Origin: a virus
Virus record (IMG/VR): IMGVR_UViG_3300020215_000040
Coordinates: 1-40,255 of that record
Reading direction: 5' to 3' (one strand)
Length of the DNA stretch: 40,255 nucleotides
Shown here: positions 25,385 to 34,647 of the stretch, piece by piece
Layout of the letters: each line of letters opens with the position of its first letter
How positions within the stretch are numbered: the stretch's first letter is position 1
Notes under the pieces: model-generated
What the model was told of the DNA's origin: nothing
Database searches by the model: none
The model's input: the letters and a program-made list of their open reading frames with translations, nothing else
Program-made: the position numbers and the translations under genes

Positions 25385-26739
25385 TTAAGCCCGAGCAAAT
25401 GATCGGCACTCCTTGGGGTATTGCGGCAGCGCTCGGGTTTAAGCTTTACCCTTGGCAATTCGATGTTCTCTACGATTGCGTTAAGCGCGGGGCTACTTCC
25501 CTAAAAGCTTGTAATGAATCAGGGAAAACGACCAAGATTGCAGCACCATTAGTCCTTTGGAATCTCACAGTCTTTAAGAATAGCACCACTGTTTTAACGT
25601 CAGGCGTATTTCGACAAGTCAAAGAACAGCTATTCCCCGCTATCCGAGCACATGAAGATAAGTTTCCGGGGTTCATTTTTAATCAAACAGATATCACCGG
25701 GCCAAACGGTTCGAAGGTCGTAGGATTCTCGACTGACAAACCCGGTAAGTTCGAGGGTTGGCACGCGCAAAATCATGATAAATCGCCCCTTCTCATGATC
25801 GTAGATGAGGCTAAGAGCGTTGCTGACCCCATCTTCGAAGCAATAGAACGATGCCGACCAACGAGACTGCTTCTCATGAGTTCTACGGGCGGCTGTTCCG
25901 GTGCGTTCTATCGTTCGTTTCATGATGAGGCTGCCTTTTACCGGCGCCATTCAGTGACTGCCTTTGATTGTCCACATATTGCCAAGGAAGACATCGATAA
26001 GAGTATAGCCAAGTACGGCGAGAATCATCCGCTAGTACGGTCGATGATATTTAGTGAGTTTGTAGATGACGCCGACGGTCGCACATTGGTTATCACATTA
26101 GCCAAGGTAGAACATTGCTTACGAAATCCACCAGCCAAGAGGTCGGGCTCGAAGGTTGCCTTCTGTGATTTCGGCGCGGGCGGCGATGAAAATGTAATCG
26201 CCGTTCGCGAGGGGAACTACATTCATCCTCTTATCTGTTGGAGAGAGAACGACACAATGTCAGCGGTTGCAAAGTTCATTATTGAGTTTAACCGCCACGG
26301 CTTATCACCCGATCAAATCTTCTGTGATGAAGGTGGTATTGGTAAGCCTATTTGCGACCGATTAGCAGAGGCAGGATGGCGAGTTAACCGCGTCAATAAC
26401 GGTGAGACAGCATTCAATGATAATTACGCGAACCGCGGGGCTGAGATGTGGTTTGAGGCATGTGCCCAAATCGAAAAATGCGAAGTCATCATACCGAACG
26501 ATGAGATTCTTAAAAAGCAATTATCTACTCGCAAGATTCGGTTAACGGGTAGAGGAAAGCTTGGTCTTGAGTCAAAGCAAGACCTGACAGAATCACCTGA
26601 CCGTGCTGATGCGGTTGTCGGTGCTATCGCTTGCCGACCATTAGAACCCATCTCTTACACAGTTGAAACGAATCGTCGGTGGTTATCAGACGAGGAAGAT
26701 GAATTTACGGAAGTCGAAGGAGCATTTGCAGGAATTTAA
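25381..26739 (+). CDS. terL: Terminase large subunit
   Basis: Walker A-like ESGKTTK, Walker B LLMIVDEAKS, and C-terminal nuclease acidic residues (FCDEGGIG, SPDRADA). The start is TTG 25381 (overlapping the terS stop) or ATG 25399. Confidence 0.85.
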   Translation: MIKPEQMIGTPWGIAAALGFKLYPWQFDVLYDCVKRGATSLKACNESGKTTKIAAPLVLWNLTVFKNSTTVLTSGVFRQVKEQLFPAIRAHEDKFPGFIFNQTDITGPNGSKVVGFSTDKPGKFEGWHAQNHDKSPLLMIVDEAKSVADPIFEAIERCRPTRLLLMSSTGGCSGAFYRSFHDEAAFYRRHSVTAFDCPHIAKEDIDKSIAKYGENHPLVRSMIFSEFVDDADGRTLVITLAKVEHCLRNPPAKRSGSKVAFCDFGAGGDENVIAVREGNYIHPLICWRENDTMSAVAKFIIEFNRHGLSPDQIFCDEGGIGKPICDRLAEAGWRVNRVNNGETAFNDNYANRGAEMWFEACAQIEKCEVIIPNDEILKKQLSTRKIRLTGRGKLGLESKQDLTESPDRADAVVGAIACRPLEPISYTVETNRRWLSDEEDEFTEVEGAFAGI

Positions 26740-26744
26740 ATACT

Positions 26745-27095
26745 ATGGGATCACTTAACGAACTTAGATACGCAAAAACAACCGCGCTAGCTGCTAGCTT
26801 AACAATAGGTGCGGTTCTAACTAATAAAACGTGGCGGGTTTATTCCATTGTTGGATACAACAACGGCCCGGATCAATACTTACAGGTGCATGATGCATCT
26901 GCTTTACCCTCTGATGGGGCAGTCCCCTTAGCTGTATTCAAGATCTTTGCGGGTGCGAATATTAGCTTAGACATGGGGACAATCGGTCTTCAGCCGTGCT
27001 CTACAGGGTTAGTTATTTGCAACTCTACCACGATTGGAACTAAGACCATTGGAGCCGCCAATTGTTGGCTAAATGTGACATACGGATATGAATAA
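26745..27095 (+). CDS. Hypothetical virion-associated protein
   Basis: 116-aa ATG ORF between terL and the fibre-like genes. Confidence 0.6.
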   Translation: MGSLNELRYAKTTALAASLTIGAVLTNKTWRVYSIVGYNNGPDQYLQVHDASALPSDGAVPLAVFKIFAGANISLDMGTIGLQPCSTGLVICNSTTIGTKTIGAANCWLNVTYGYE

Positions 27096-27828
27096 ATATA
27101 GCGAAGAGATAGTTCTGTGTGTTGTTGGGCTAATGCTCTTAGCTATTGGAGTGCTTGGGGTGTTGGGTGGTGTTGGAGGAACTACATCAGGTGGTGGTGG
27201 AGCTCAAACTAATACTGTTAATATTTGGACAACAAACCAATTGATTAGTGGAAGACTTGGACTAAACACTAATACATGGGTCCCAACGGCAGGCGATAAC
27301 GAATTGGTTATTAGACCAAATGAATTATCTGGGGATCAGGCTGATATATTAGTTCATGAGCCGGTGGGCAATCAAGGCGCGGGATATTATTGGAAGGCAG
27401 GCGCTAGAGCGGGGAGTATTAGTGACGATGGAGGCGGTAACGTTAGAATACAAGCAAACACCGGTGGAGCGGGTGCATTAAATCTAATTCATGACACAGT
27501 CATTGTTATGTCGTTAGACGATGGTGGGGTGAAGGTTAATGGAGGAAGCCTCTTATTAACCAATGTCACGGCTACATCTACACTAGGTTTCGGTGACAAC
27601 CTAACAGCCGGTCAGTCTAAGACAGTAACATTTACCGTCACAGGTGCTCGCACAGGTGATGCCCTGATTCCTCGATGGCCTTCTGATCTACCTACAACCA
27701 ACGTGGTCTTTAGTATGAGGGTAACAGCCAACGACACGGTGAGTGTCAGTCAAACGGCGGTCGCTACTTGGAACGGTGCCACTCTTGGTTACACAAACAC
27801 ATTCGGAGCAGTATTACAGAGGTATTAA
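27088..27828 (+). CDS. Membrane-anchored or fibre-like protein
   Basis: 246 aa. N-terminal hydrophobic helix (IVLCVVGLMLLAIGVLGVLGGVGG) followed by G/T/N-rich beta-type sequence. Confidence 0.6.
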   Translation: MNKYSEEIVLCVVGLMLLAIGVLGVLGGVGGTTSGGGGAQTNTVNIWTTNQLISGRLGLNTNTWVPTAGDNELVIRPNELSGDQADILVHEPVGNQGAGYYWKAGARAGSISDDGGGNVRIQANTGGAGALNLIHDTVIVMSLDDGGVKVNGGSLLLTNVTATSTLGFGDNLTAGQSKTVTFTVTGARTGDALIPRWPSDLPTTNVVFSMRVTANDTVSVSQTAVATWNGATLGYTNTFGAVLQRY

Positions 27829-27829
27829 T

Positions 27830-28156
27830 ATGAGAACAGCAAGTTTAATTATCTTTAGTTTATTATTCTTCACTCTAGCTGCACGTGCAGGTGTTGTGGT
27901 TGTTGATGAGTCTTTAGGTAACATTTATGTCGAGGATAAGAATGGTAATCTGCATAACGCAGGTCGGTTGGTGGATGTCCTTCGCAATAATCATTCAAGG
28001 ACGAATGCTGCAGAGATTCGGGCTGCAGTAAAAGCTAAACTTGAAGCATTAGCGGATTCAAACCCAAGTCGCGCAAAGGAAGTGTTAGCTAAAGCAGAGT
28101 CTGAGGGTGTGGTTATTGCTGCAGGGCAGCGAGCCAAGATTGTAGCAGCTAAATAA
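27830..28156 (+). CDS. Secreted small protein
   Basis: From ATG 27830 the sequence reads MRTASLIIFSLLFFTLAARA/G, a signal peptide with an AxA site. The track start at 27743 lies inside the previous gene. Confidence 0.6.
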   Translation: MRTASLIIFSLLFFTLAARAGVVVVDESLGNIYVEDKNGNLHNAGRLVDVLRNNHSRTNAAEIRAAVKAKLEALADSNPSRAKEVLAKAESEGVVIAAGQRAKIVAAK

Positions 28157-28164
28157 GGATTTCT

Positions 28165-29229
28165 ATGGATTGGACATGGATAAAACAAATAGTTGCCAAA
28201 AAGACAGAGGCAAATGTTGTTGCTGTTCGTGCGGTAACTAAATCAGGGTATGCGCCAAATTATACAGCTGATGATGCAGCTGAGTTAGCTATTGATCGAG
28301 CTACAGGTAGGCTTCTTGTTGATACTAATGCAGCAGGCGGTGGTGCAGGCACAGAATATACTGAAGGTGATTCCGATTCCTCCGCAACAGGTGGGGCGAT
28401 GATTGCCTTCACTTCGGCAAACGCTGCAGTGGCAGCCCTAGCTGAGACGGACGGTACACTCATTGTTAATCCGACAGCGCTTTCGAACTCAACAGACAGT
28501 ATCGCAGCTCATCAAGGCGGTACATGGACAGTCGGATTAAGTGCGGGAACAAATGGAATTGGTAAACTAACGAGCAATGACGGCGTAGATATTGGTGATG
28601 TCACGATCAACAATGCGTCAGGAGCTTCAGCGGTCAACATTCAAGATGGTGGCAACTCAATCACTGTAGATGGATCTGTTTCTATTGGTTCAGCTCTTCC
28701 TGCGGGAACGAATGCCATTGGTAAGCTGGCAGCAAACAGTGGTGTTGATATTGGGGATGTGGATGTCACGAGTGTGACACCCGGAAATGGAGCGACAAAT
28801 TTGGGTAAGGCTGTTGATGCTGTGGCGGGAGCTACAGATACTGTAGTGGGAGCTGGGGCGGTTCGGGACGACTCAGTATCTGCTCTAACACCTGCTGATG
28901 GTGATTATGTATTTCTAAGAACAGATAACGCTGGAAGATTATGGACTAATAAACCAAAGACAGCTACCTCTACTGTTTCTAATGTAACTGGAGCCACGAC
29001 AAATACTTCTATTCTCAGTGCTGATGGGAATCGTATTAGGTGGTCGGTATATAACGACGCGACCACAAATATGTATCTCAAACGGGGGGGCACGGCTTCA
29101 ACTACCTCTTACTCTGTAAAGATTGCCCCCCAAGGATACTACGAGGATGACACTTGGACAGGTGCAGTGGATGCAGTGTGGGATACAGGAGTTTCAGGAG
29201 ACGCTCGGGTAACTACCGAGAGCACATAA
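28165..29229 (+). CDS. Tail fibre / receptor-binding protein candidate
   Basis: 354 aa, G/T/S/N/A-rich. An internal repeat AGTN(G/A)IGKL(T/A)(S/A)N(D/S)GVDIGDV occurs twice, 159 nt apart (28543 and 28702). Confidence 0.6.
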   Translation: MDWTWIKQIVAKKTEANVVAVRAVTKSGYAPNYTADDAAELAIDRATGRLLVDTNAAGGGAGTEYTEGDSDSSATGGAMIAFTSANAAVAALAETDGTLIVNPTALSNSTDSIAAHQGGTWTVGLSAGTNGIGKLTSNDGVDIGDVTINNASGASAVNIQDGGNSITVDGSVSIGSALPAGTNAIGKLAANSGVDIGDVDVTSVTPGNGATNLGKAVDAVAGATDTVVGAGAVRDDSVSALTPADGDYVFLRTDNAGRLWTNKPKTATSTVSNVTGATTNTSILSADGNRIRWSVYNDATTNMYLKRGGTASTTSYSVKIAPQGYYEDDTWTGAVDAVWDTGVSGDARVTTEST

Positions 29230-29232
29230 GCC

Positions 29233-29739
29233 ATGGGAAGACTAGAATACCAATTCCAACGTGCCTTGTCAGGGCTGTTTATCCCTCGAATGGAGTCGTT
29301 TGGGCTGGACTCTAACAACACCACTTTCGTGCATACTGGTACGACTTCCAGAACCACGATGAAGACCTTCGTTCTTCCCGGTGGAATTATGGGACCCAAT
29401 GGAGTTCTGTTTATCCTCAGCTATACGACAGTTAATAGTAACGCGAACAACAAGCAGTTTATTATTAGCTTTGGTGGCACTGACTTAGTGGATCATACGA
29501 TGAACAGCACTAACCAATGCGTTAGATTTACGGTAATTCGAAATAGGAACTCTGTTTCCTCTCAGTGTGTTTGGAATATAGGCTCGAGCATTGGCCTTGG
29601 AACTAGTGGTAATGCGATAGGAACGGCCTCTGTGGATACCTCTCAAAATGTGACAATCAATATTGACAGCGTGTTAGCTACTAGTACTGACACAATGAAT
29701 CAGCATGCCTGTGTATTGGCTGTAGCGAGACCTTATTAA
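29233..29739 (+). CDS. Fibre-tip-like protein, one copy of a paralogous domain
   Basis: 168 aa. The core TGTTSRTTMKTFVLPGGIMGPNG ... NSNANNKQFIISFGGTD recurs twice in the next gene. Confidence 0.6.
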   Translation: MGRLEYQFQRALSGLFIPRMESFGLDSNNTTFVHTGTTSRTTMKTFVLPGGIMGPNGVLFILSYTTVNSNANNKQFIISFGGTDLVDHTMNSTNQCVRFTVIRNRNSVSSQCVWNIGSSIGLGTSGNAIGTASVDTSQNVTINIDSVLATSTDTMNQHACVLAVARPY

Positions 29740-29741
29740 CC

Positions 29742-30680
29742 ATGCCATTATTTCCTCAACAACAATTCCTGCCTGCTTATTATATGAAGGGAGTGAATGC
29801 TTCTGTCACTGGAACTACTTCGCCTACCACCCTTGCTTCCCTTACTCTGCTAGGAAAAAAGGTGGGTAAGGCTGGGTTAATAGCTATATGGCCATTATGG
29901 GGACATACAAATAGTGCTAATAATAAGACCATGCAAGTACAGATCGGGGGTACAGACTTCCTGAATGTTACAGCAACGGCTGTGTCTTCTTTGCAACGTC
30001 CTATCTATATATTTTGTAGGGATGCATTCAACTCCCAATCTTTCATGGGAGTAGGTCAAAGTATCGGTCTGGGAAATTCTACGTTCGGATCAGGTTCAGC
30101 TACGGTAGATTTCTCATCGAATCAAACGATAGACTTTATAGCTACATTAGCAAATTCCGCTGAGACAATTACTTTGTATGGCGTGTTTATTGAAATTTGG
30201 AGAATTAATGAAGGTAATGATACTGAGTTTGGAACTATACCTATTGAGTTCTGCGACCATACGCAGCATAGCGTGACGGGGACGACCTCGCCAACAAGTT
30301 TAAAAGCCTTTACTCTTAAAGGGGGCCGAATGGGGCCGAATGGAGGATTCCTCATAGATACACTTTGGTCGTACACAAACAATGCTAACTCGAAGATATG
30401 TAGGGTCGCGTTTGGAGGTACAAATATCGTCAATGTTACTGTAACCACAACAGCGACGCTGCATCGTAGAGCAATCGTCTTTAATCTTAACAACGCATCC
30501 TCACAAGCAATATTTGCAGCTAGCGACGCGGATGGAATTGCTCAGGCAAGTATCACTACCTTTGCACAGAATACAGACAATGACGTTACGGTTGATTGTA
30601 TAGGAGATCCCTCGAATACAGGTGACACAATCTCCCTTGAGGCTGCGACAGCCTTTGTTATGCGGGAATGGGATGAATAA
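29742..30680 (+). CDS. Fibre-tip-like protein, two tandem copies of the same domain
   Basis: 312 aa. Contains TGTTSPTTLASLTLLG ... NSANNKTMQVQIGGTD and TGTTSPTSLKAFTLKGGRMGPNG ... NNANSKICRVAFGGTN. Confidence 0.6.
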   Translation: MPLFPQQQFLPAYYMKGVNASVTGTTSPTTLASLTLLGKKVGKAGLIAIWPLWGHTNSANNKTMQVQIGGTDFLNVTATAVSSLQRPIYIFCRDAFNSQSFMGVGQSIGLGNSTFGSGSATVDFSSNQTIDFIATLANSAETITLYGVFIEIWRINEGNDTEFGTIPIEFCDHTQHSVTGTTSPTSLKAFTLKGGRMGPNGGFLIDTLWSYTNNANSKICRVAFGGTNIVNVTVTTTATLHRRAIVFNLNNASSQAIFAASDADGIAQASITTFAQNTDNDVTVDCIGDPSNTGDTISLEAATAFVMREWDE

Positions 30681-30683
30681 TTT

Positions 30684-30962
30684 ATGAGAACAATACCAAT
30701 GATCTTTGTGGATGGAGTGCAGAGGCTGTCCGAGCAGCCGGATCCCAAAAACACAATTGCTGTTGTTATTAATGGTAACACAGCAACGGTTTATGAAAAA
30801 GGGGATACGCCGCCTGTAATTAACTACAATCATCAGGCAACCCCACCCATCAACTCAAAAGAGGGGCTTAAGGCGCGGCTTACACCGGAGCAAATTGAGG
30901 AGGGATTTTGGGATCATCTCTGTGAGTTGTGCTGCCCGGATTGTAAAACAGATCTTCAATAG
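30684..30962 (+). CDS. Hypothetical protein
   Basis: 92-aa ATG ORF with a C-terminal CELCCPDC cluster. Confidence 0.55.
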   Translation: MRTIPMIFVDGVQRLSEQPDPKNTIAVVINGNTATVYEKGDTPPVINYNHQATPPINSKEGLKARLTPEQIEEGFWDHLCELCCPDCKTDLQ

Positions 30963-31264
30963 TGAATATTCAACCTAGACAATATGTTCAGCGTGTTCGC
31001 GTGAACCGAGCTACGGGGAAGTTTTATTCTTCTGTTGATTCCATAGCGCCTGAAGCAAAGCAGGAGCCAACCATTATTGAGCGAATTAAAGAAGTTTTTA
31101 TAGAAGTGCCTAAAGCGGTGGAGGTTCCAAAATACATTACAGTAACTGAATTAAAACCGCAGGTGTTTGAAAAGGTTGTCGTTAAGTATAACAAACTATC
31201 CTTCGCAATAGGCTTTCTATGGGGAGCAATAACTGCAGCGGTGCTGCACTTTATTGGATGGTGA
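30962..31264 (+). CDS. C-terminally anchored membrane protein (lysis-cassette candidate)
   Basis: 100 aa with a GTG start. C-terminal helix LSFAIGFLWGAITAAVLHFIGW. Confidence 0.5.
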   Translation: MNIQPRQYVQRVRVNRATGKFYSSVDSIAPEAKQEPTIIERIKEVFIEVPKAVEVPKYITVTELKPQVFEKVVVKYNKLSFAIGFLWGAITAAVLHFIGW

Positions 31265-31268
31265 GACT

Positions 31269-31484
31269 ATGAAAGAATTAATTGCAAATCTCTTACAACT
31301 TGAGCCGAGATTACTACTTATTACAGGAGGTGCTGCAGTACTATTCTATCTCAGTACTTATTTCGTTTCTAAGACCGACTACGAGAAGGATGAAAACCGC
31401 AGATCGGCTGTATTGTCTGAATTTCGGCAGGATATGAAGGAAGTCAAAGAAGACATCAAGGAACTTTTAAAAAGGAAATACTAG
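31269..31484 (+). CDS. Single-pass membrane protein (holin/antiholin candidate)
   Basis: From ATG 31269 the sequence reads MKELIANLLQLEPRLLLITGGAAVLFYLSTYFV, followed by a charged tail. Confidence 0.5.
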   Translation: MKELIANLLQLEPRLLLITGGAAVLFYLSTYFVSKTDYEKDENRRSAVLSEFRQDMKEVKEDIKELLKRKY

Positions 31485-31649
31485 ATGAATTACATACTGA
31501 CAAATTGGCAAGATATTGTGGCGGCAATCGGTGGAATTGTGATTGCAGCTCGCATAATCGTCAAACTAACACCTACTCCAAAAGATGACAGTATCTTGGA
31601 CAAGATCGTTAAATTCATGGAGCATATCGGCCTAGTGATCAAGAAATGA
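31485..31649 (+). CDS. Small membrane protein with TPTPKDD motif (holin-like; below the track cut-off)
   Basis: Hand translation gives MNYILTNWQDIVAAIGGIVIAARIIVKLTPTPKDDSILDKIVKFMEHIGLVIKK (54 aa). Its stop overlaps the next ATG. Confidence 0.5.
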   Translation: MNYILTNWQDIVAAIGGIVIAARIIVKLTPTPKDDSILDKIVKFMEHIGLVIKK

Positions 31650-32005
31650 CGATAGCGGCCATTATATCAATCATATCAGCGATCATTGGTTTAGTAACTT
31701 ATGTACTTAAACGAAAGCAATCACCAAACAGGGATGAAAGGGTGGATGATATGCGGGAAAGCTACGGGGCAACGCTTGAAAACATTAGGCGCTTGCGGGG
31801 TTTGGGTCACGATGCTGATGCTGACGCTATGCTTGAGCAGCTTGTTAACCGGATGCGCAACGACACAAGAGCCGACCATCATCGAGACGCCGAGCGGGAA
31901 CGCATGGGCAATAAAACTTCCACGTGGAACAAAGATAAGCCCAATGACTCTCAAAGCCCAAGCGCTGACGGTAAACGAGATATTTGGAGAGGTTACGACC
32001 GATGA
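31646..32005 (+). CDS. i-spanin (Rz-like) candidate
   Basis: N-terminal TM helix (MTIAAIISIISAIIGLVTYVL) followed by a charged periplasmic segment. Contains the lipoprotein gene in another frame. Confidence 0.6.
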   Translation: MTIAAIISIISAIIGLVTYVLKRKQSPNRDERVDDMRESYGATLENIRRLRGLGHDADADAMLEQLVNRMRNDTRADHHRDAERERMGNKTSTWNKDKPNDSQSPSADGKRDIWRGYDR

Positions 32006-32108
32006 AGTTTACCTTGTGAGCAAGGCATATATTGAACAGCGCGACGCAAGAGAAATATATCTATTACAGAAGATTGATGAACTTAGACTTACAAATGGAA
32101 AACCTTAG
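31812..32108 (+). CDS. o-spanin (Rz1-like) lipoprotein candidate, overlapped architecture
   Basis: The +1 frame inside the i-spanin reads MLMLTLCLSSLLTGC/ATTQEP, with a perfect lipobox (LTGC). It extends 103 nt past the i-spanin stop. Confidence 0.6.
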   Translation: MLMLTLCLSSLLTGCATTQEPTIIETPSGNAWAIKLPRGTKISPMTLKAQALTVNEIFGEVTTDEVYLVSKAYIEQRDAREIYLLQKIDELRLTNGKP

Positions 32109-32298
32109 CGCCCTTGGGATAGCAAGACACAATAACCTACCGATGCGGGTTAAGGTGGATTTTGATGAACATATATTTGATGTAGATGTAAAACCATTTA
32201 ACCGTGATGAGGTTCGCAAGATTAATTGCGCTCTCGTTCGGCGAGGATGGATTAAAAATGGTTACGGAGATATTAACTACGGTAAAAAAAAAGGATAA
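32095..32298 (+). CDS. Hypothetical small protein
   Basis: 67 aa from ATG 32095. The track start at 32032 is TTG, inside the spanin region. Confidence 0.45.
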   Translation: MENLSALGIARHNNLPMRVKVDFDEHIFDVDVKPFNRDEVRKINCALVRRGWIKNGYGDINYGKKKG

Positions 32299-32382
32299 CT
32301 ATTGAGATTTTGAATACCTGTTTAGCTGATCACTAAATGGGTCACTAGCGGTTCCTTAGCCGCAACATTCAAGCCGAGCTTT

Positions 32383-32430
32383 AAGGGGCTTAGGTGCAGA
32401 AATGCGCTTAAGCCCCTTTTGCTTTGTTGG
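32383..32430 (+). terminator. Rho-independent terminator
   Basis: The stem AAGGGGCTTAGGTGC / GCGCTTAAGCCCCTT (about 15 bp including G-U pairs) is followed by TTGCTTTGTT. Confidence 0.65.
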
Positions 32431-32438
32431 ACAAAATT

Positions 32439-34298
32439 ATGAGCCAAGAAATTTGTAAGCAGGTCAACCAAGATTTGAGAGACCGAAAGGAATGGGAAGA
32501 TCGTCAATCGGTTTGGTACGAGATGCGGCATCATGGATTGCGCCGTAAGCAGAAGCCTTGGCCGGGTGCAGCGGATATGCATTTTCCGCTGATTGATTCA
32601 ACCATCGATAAGTTTAAGCCCTTTTATTATCAGCAAGTGTTCGGAATGGAGCATGTAGCGAGCTTCATTTCCATGAAGTCACAAGACACCAAGTTTACGA
32701 GCGCTACCGGTCAATGGTTCGATTACCGGCTTAAGTATAAGACTAACTTCGATACTGCGGTTCTTACCCTCATAGATTACATGCTCATGGAGGGTGTTGC
32801 AGTTGTTAAGCCCTTTTGGGATAACGAAAGGCGACGCTTAGCTTTCAGGGCATTTGATCCGATTTTCTTCGTTGTTCCTTGGGATACCCAAGACATCCAT
32901 GAGAATGCCGACCGGATGACGGAAATCGTCCGTTATTCCAAGCTGCAATACCAACGCCTTGGCGATCAGTACAATCAAGATCCTGCAGCGCTTAAGCGTA
33001 TTTGTGGCAAAGGTGAGACCCCACAGAAGGTTGATGATAAGTATCGCCGTGAAGGTCTGACTTATGGCGAACGCGACGATCAGATCATTATCTATGAGAC
33101 CTACGAGCGCACGGCTTCCGGTTGGATGGTTCATTTCTATAGCCCACTCGCCCCTGATATTCAGATCCGTCCTTCAATGGGTATTCCGTATAAGCACGGG
33201 AAACCTCCTTACATCACTTTCTTCATGGAGGTGAAGGACGAAGGGTTCTATTCAGCGCGTGGCGTCCCTGAAATCTTAGCTCCATTTGAATCTGCCCTCT
33301 GTAAGACGTGGAACGAAAAGCTTGATGCGATGACGCTTTACAATCGCCCGATCTATTCGAGCGAAGGCGGTCTAGCTCCTGCACAGAATCAACGGCTCAA
33401 GCCCGGTCAGATCGTTAATTTCAAGCTAACTCCGGTAGTTAATCCCGCTCCCGGCATCTCATTCGATCAAGAGATGATCAATGAGCGCATGGTTGCGGAA
33501 TACCGAATTGGTATGCCGGATTACGGACAAGGGCAAGCAATCAATACCAAGGAACGTAAGACAGCAACTGAGGTGCAGAACATTGCAAACCTCATGGGGC
33601 AAGGTGTGGATCTGCGGGCAAGAATCTTCCGTAACTCACTCACTGAGTTATACGAGCAATGCTACTCGCTCTACATGCAATACGATAAAGAGGCTCTTGA
33701 TTATTATTATCAAGGTGAGCTTCTCAATGTGCCGCAAGAAGCACTTCATGATGATTATCTCATTCGTCCTAGTGGCAGTGCTGACAGCTTTAATAAGCAA
33801 CTGCGGTATCAAAAGGCGGTGAATCGCTTTCAAATGTTTAATAACCATCCGTTCGTTAACCAAGGTGAATTGGCTAAGTCAGTGCTTGAGGAAGATGACC
33901 CACGGTTAGTTAAGACGCTCTACGTTGAGCCACAGCTTGCAAATAACGATCACATGGAAGAGCAGGCTGACGAAATCGGCAACATGATTAACGGGTTTGA
34001 TGTTCAGGTTCACCCCCATGATCGACATGAAATCCACCTTCAAGCGCTTCTCTTCTTCTTGGAGCGCAAGGTTAAGACAGGCGAACCGATTCACCCTGAG
34101 TTAGCCGCCTTACTACTTAAGCACGGTCGTGCTCATTGGGAGTTCTTACAGCAAATGAATAAGCAGTTAGCAACTCAGATGACGCCTCAAGTTAATCAAG
34201 CGGTGCAAATCCTGCAGTCAGTGATTCAACGGGCACAGATGGAGCAGCAACTAGCCATGCAGCAGCAAGAGCAACTTCCAATGGAGGGAACTATCTAA
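32439..34298 (+). CDS. Portal protein
   Basis: About 619 aa, followed by a small ORF, the scaffold and the capsid gene. ATG 32439 is chosen because TTG 32424 lies in the terminator tail. Confidence 0.8.
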   Translation: MSQEICKQVNQDLRDRKEWEDRQSVWYEMRHHGLRRKQKPWPGAADMHFPLIDSTIDKFKPFYYQQVFGMEHVASFISMKSQDTKFTSATGQWFDYRLKYKTNFDTAVLTLIDYMLMEGVAVVKPFWDNERRRLAFRAFDPIFFVVPWDTQDIHENADRMTEIVRYSKLQYQRLGDQYNQDPAALKRICGKGETPQKVDDKYRREGLTYGERDDQIIIYETYERTASGWMVHFYSPLAPDIQIRPSMGIPYKHGKPPYITFFMEVKDEGFYSARGVPEILAPFESALCKTWNEKLDAMTLYNRPIYSSEGGLAPAQNQRLKPGQIVNFKLTPVVNPAPGISFDQEMINERMVAEYRIGMPDYGQGQAINTKERKTATEVQNIANLMGQGVDLRARIFRNSLTELYEQCYSLYMQYDKEALDYYYQGELLNVPQEALHDDYLIRPSGSADSFNKQLRYQKAVNRFQMFNNHPFVNQGELAKSVLEEDDPRLVKTLYVEPQLANNDHMEEQADEIGNMINGFDVQVHPHDRHEIHLQALLFFLERKVKTGEPIHPELAALLLKHGRAHWEFLQQMNKQLATQMTPQVNQAVQILQSVIQRAQMEQQLAMQQQEQLPMEGTI

Positions 34299-34634
34299 AT
34301 GAGAAGATTCTTAAAGTCGCTATTCCTGTTTTCCCGCACACGGCCATTCACAGATAAGGCTCAATGGTCATCGGATGATGAGGCGGCTTTACGCGCATTT
34401 TTTAACACCCCAACAGGTCAAAGGCTACACGCCAACATGGTGAATAGCTCTTTCGAGCAAGACCGATGGGCAACTTTGCAATCAAGGAACGTAGAACATG
34501 CCGCAGGTTTTGCATGCGGTTGGCGAGCATGTGTTGCGCACCTTGAGGCTTTTACGGGAGTTCCCCCGGATGAGGAACAAGACAAGGCTGAAGCTACTAA
34601 GGGGGCTGAGAGTCTTGAACATCTACACCCTTAA
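34299..34634 (+). CDS. Hypothetical head-module protein
   Basis: 111 aa. The ATG abuts the portal stop. Confidence 0.6.
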   Translation: MRRFLKSLFLFSRTRPFTDKAQWSSDDEAALRAFFNTPTGQRLHANMVNSSFEQDRWATLQSRNVEHAAGFACGWRACVAHLEAFTGVPPDEEQDKAEATKGAESLEHLHP

Positions 34635-34647
34635 TTAAACAACTAAC

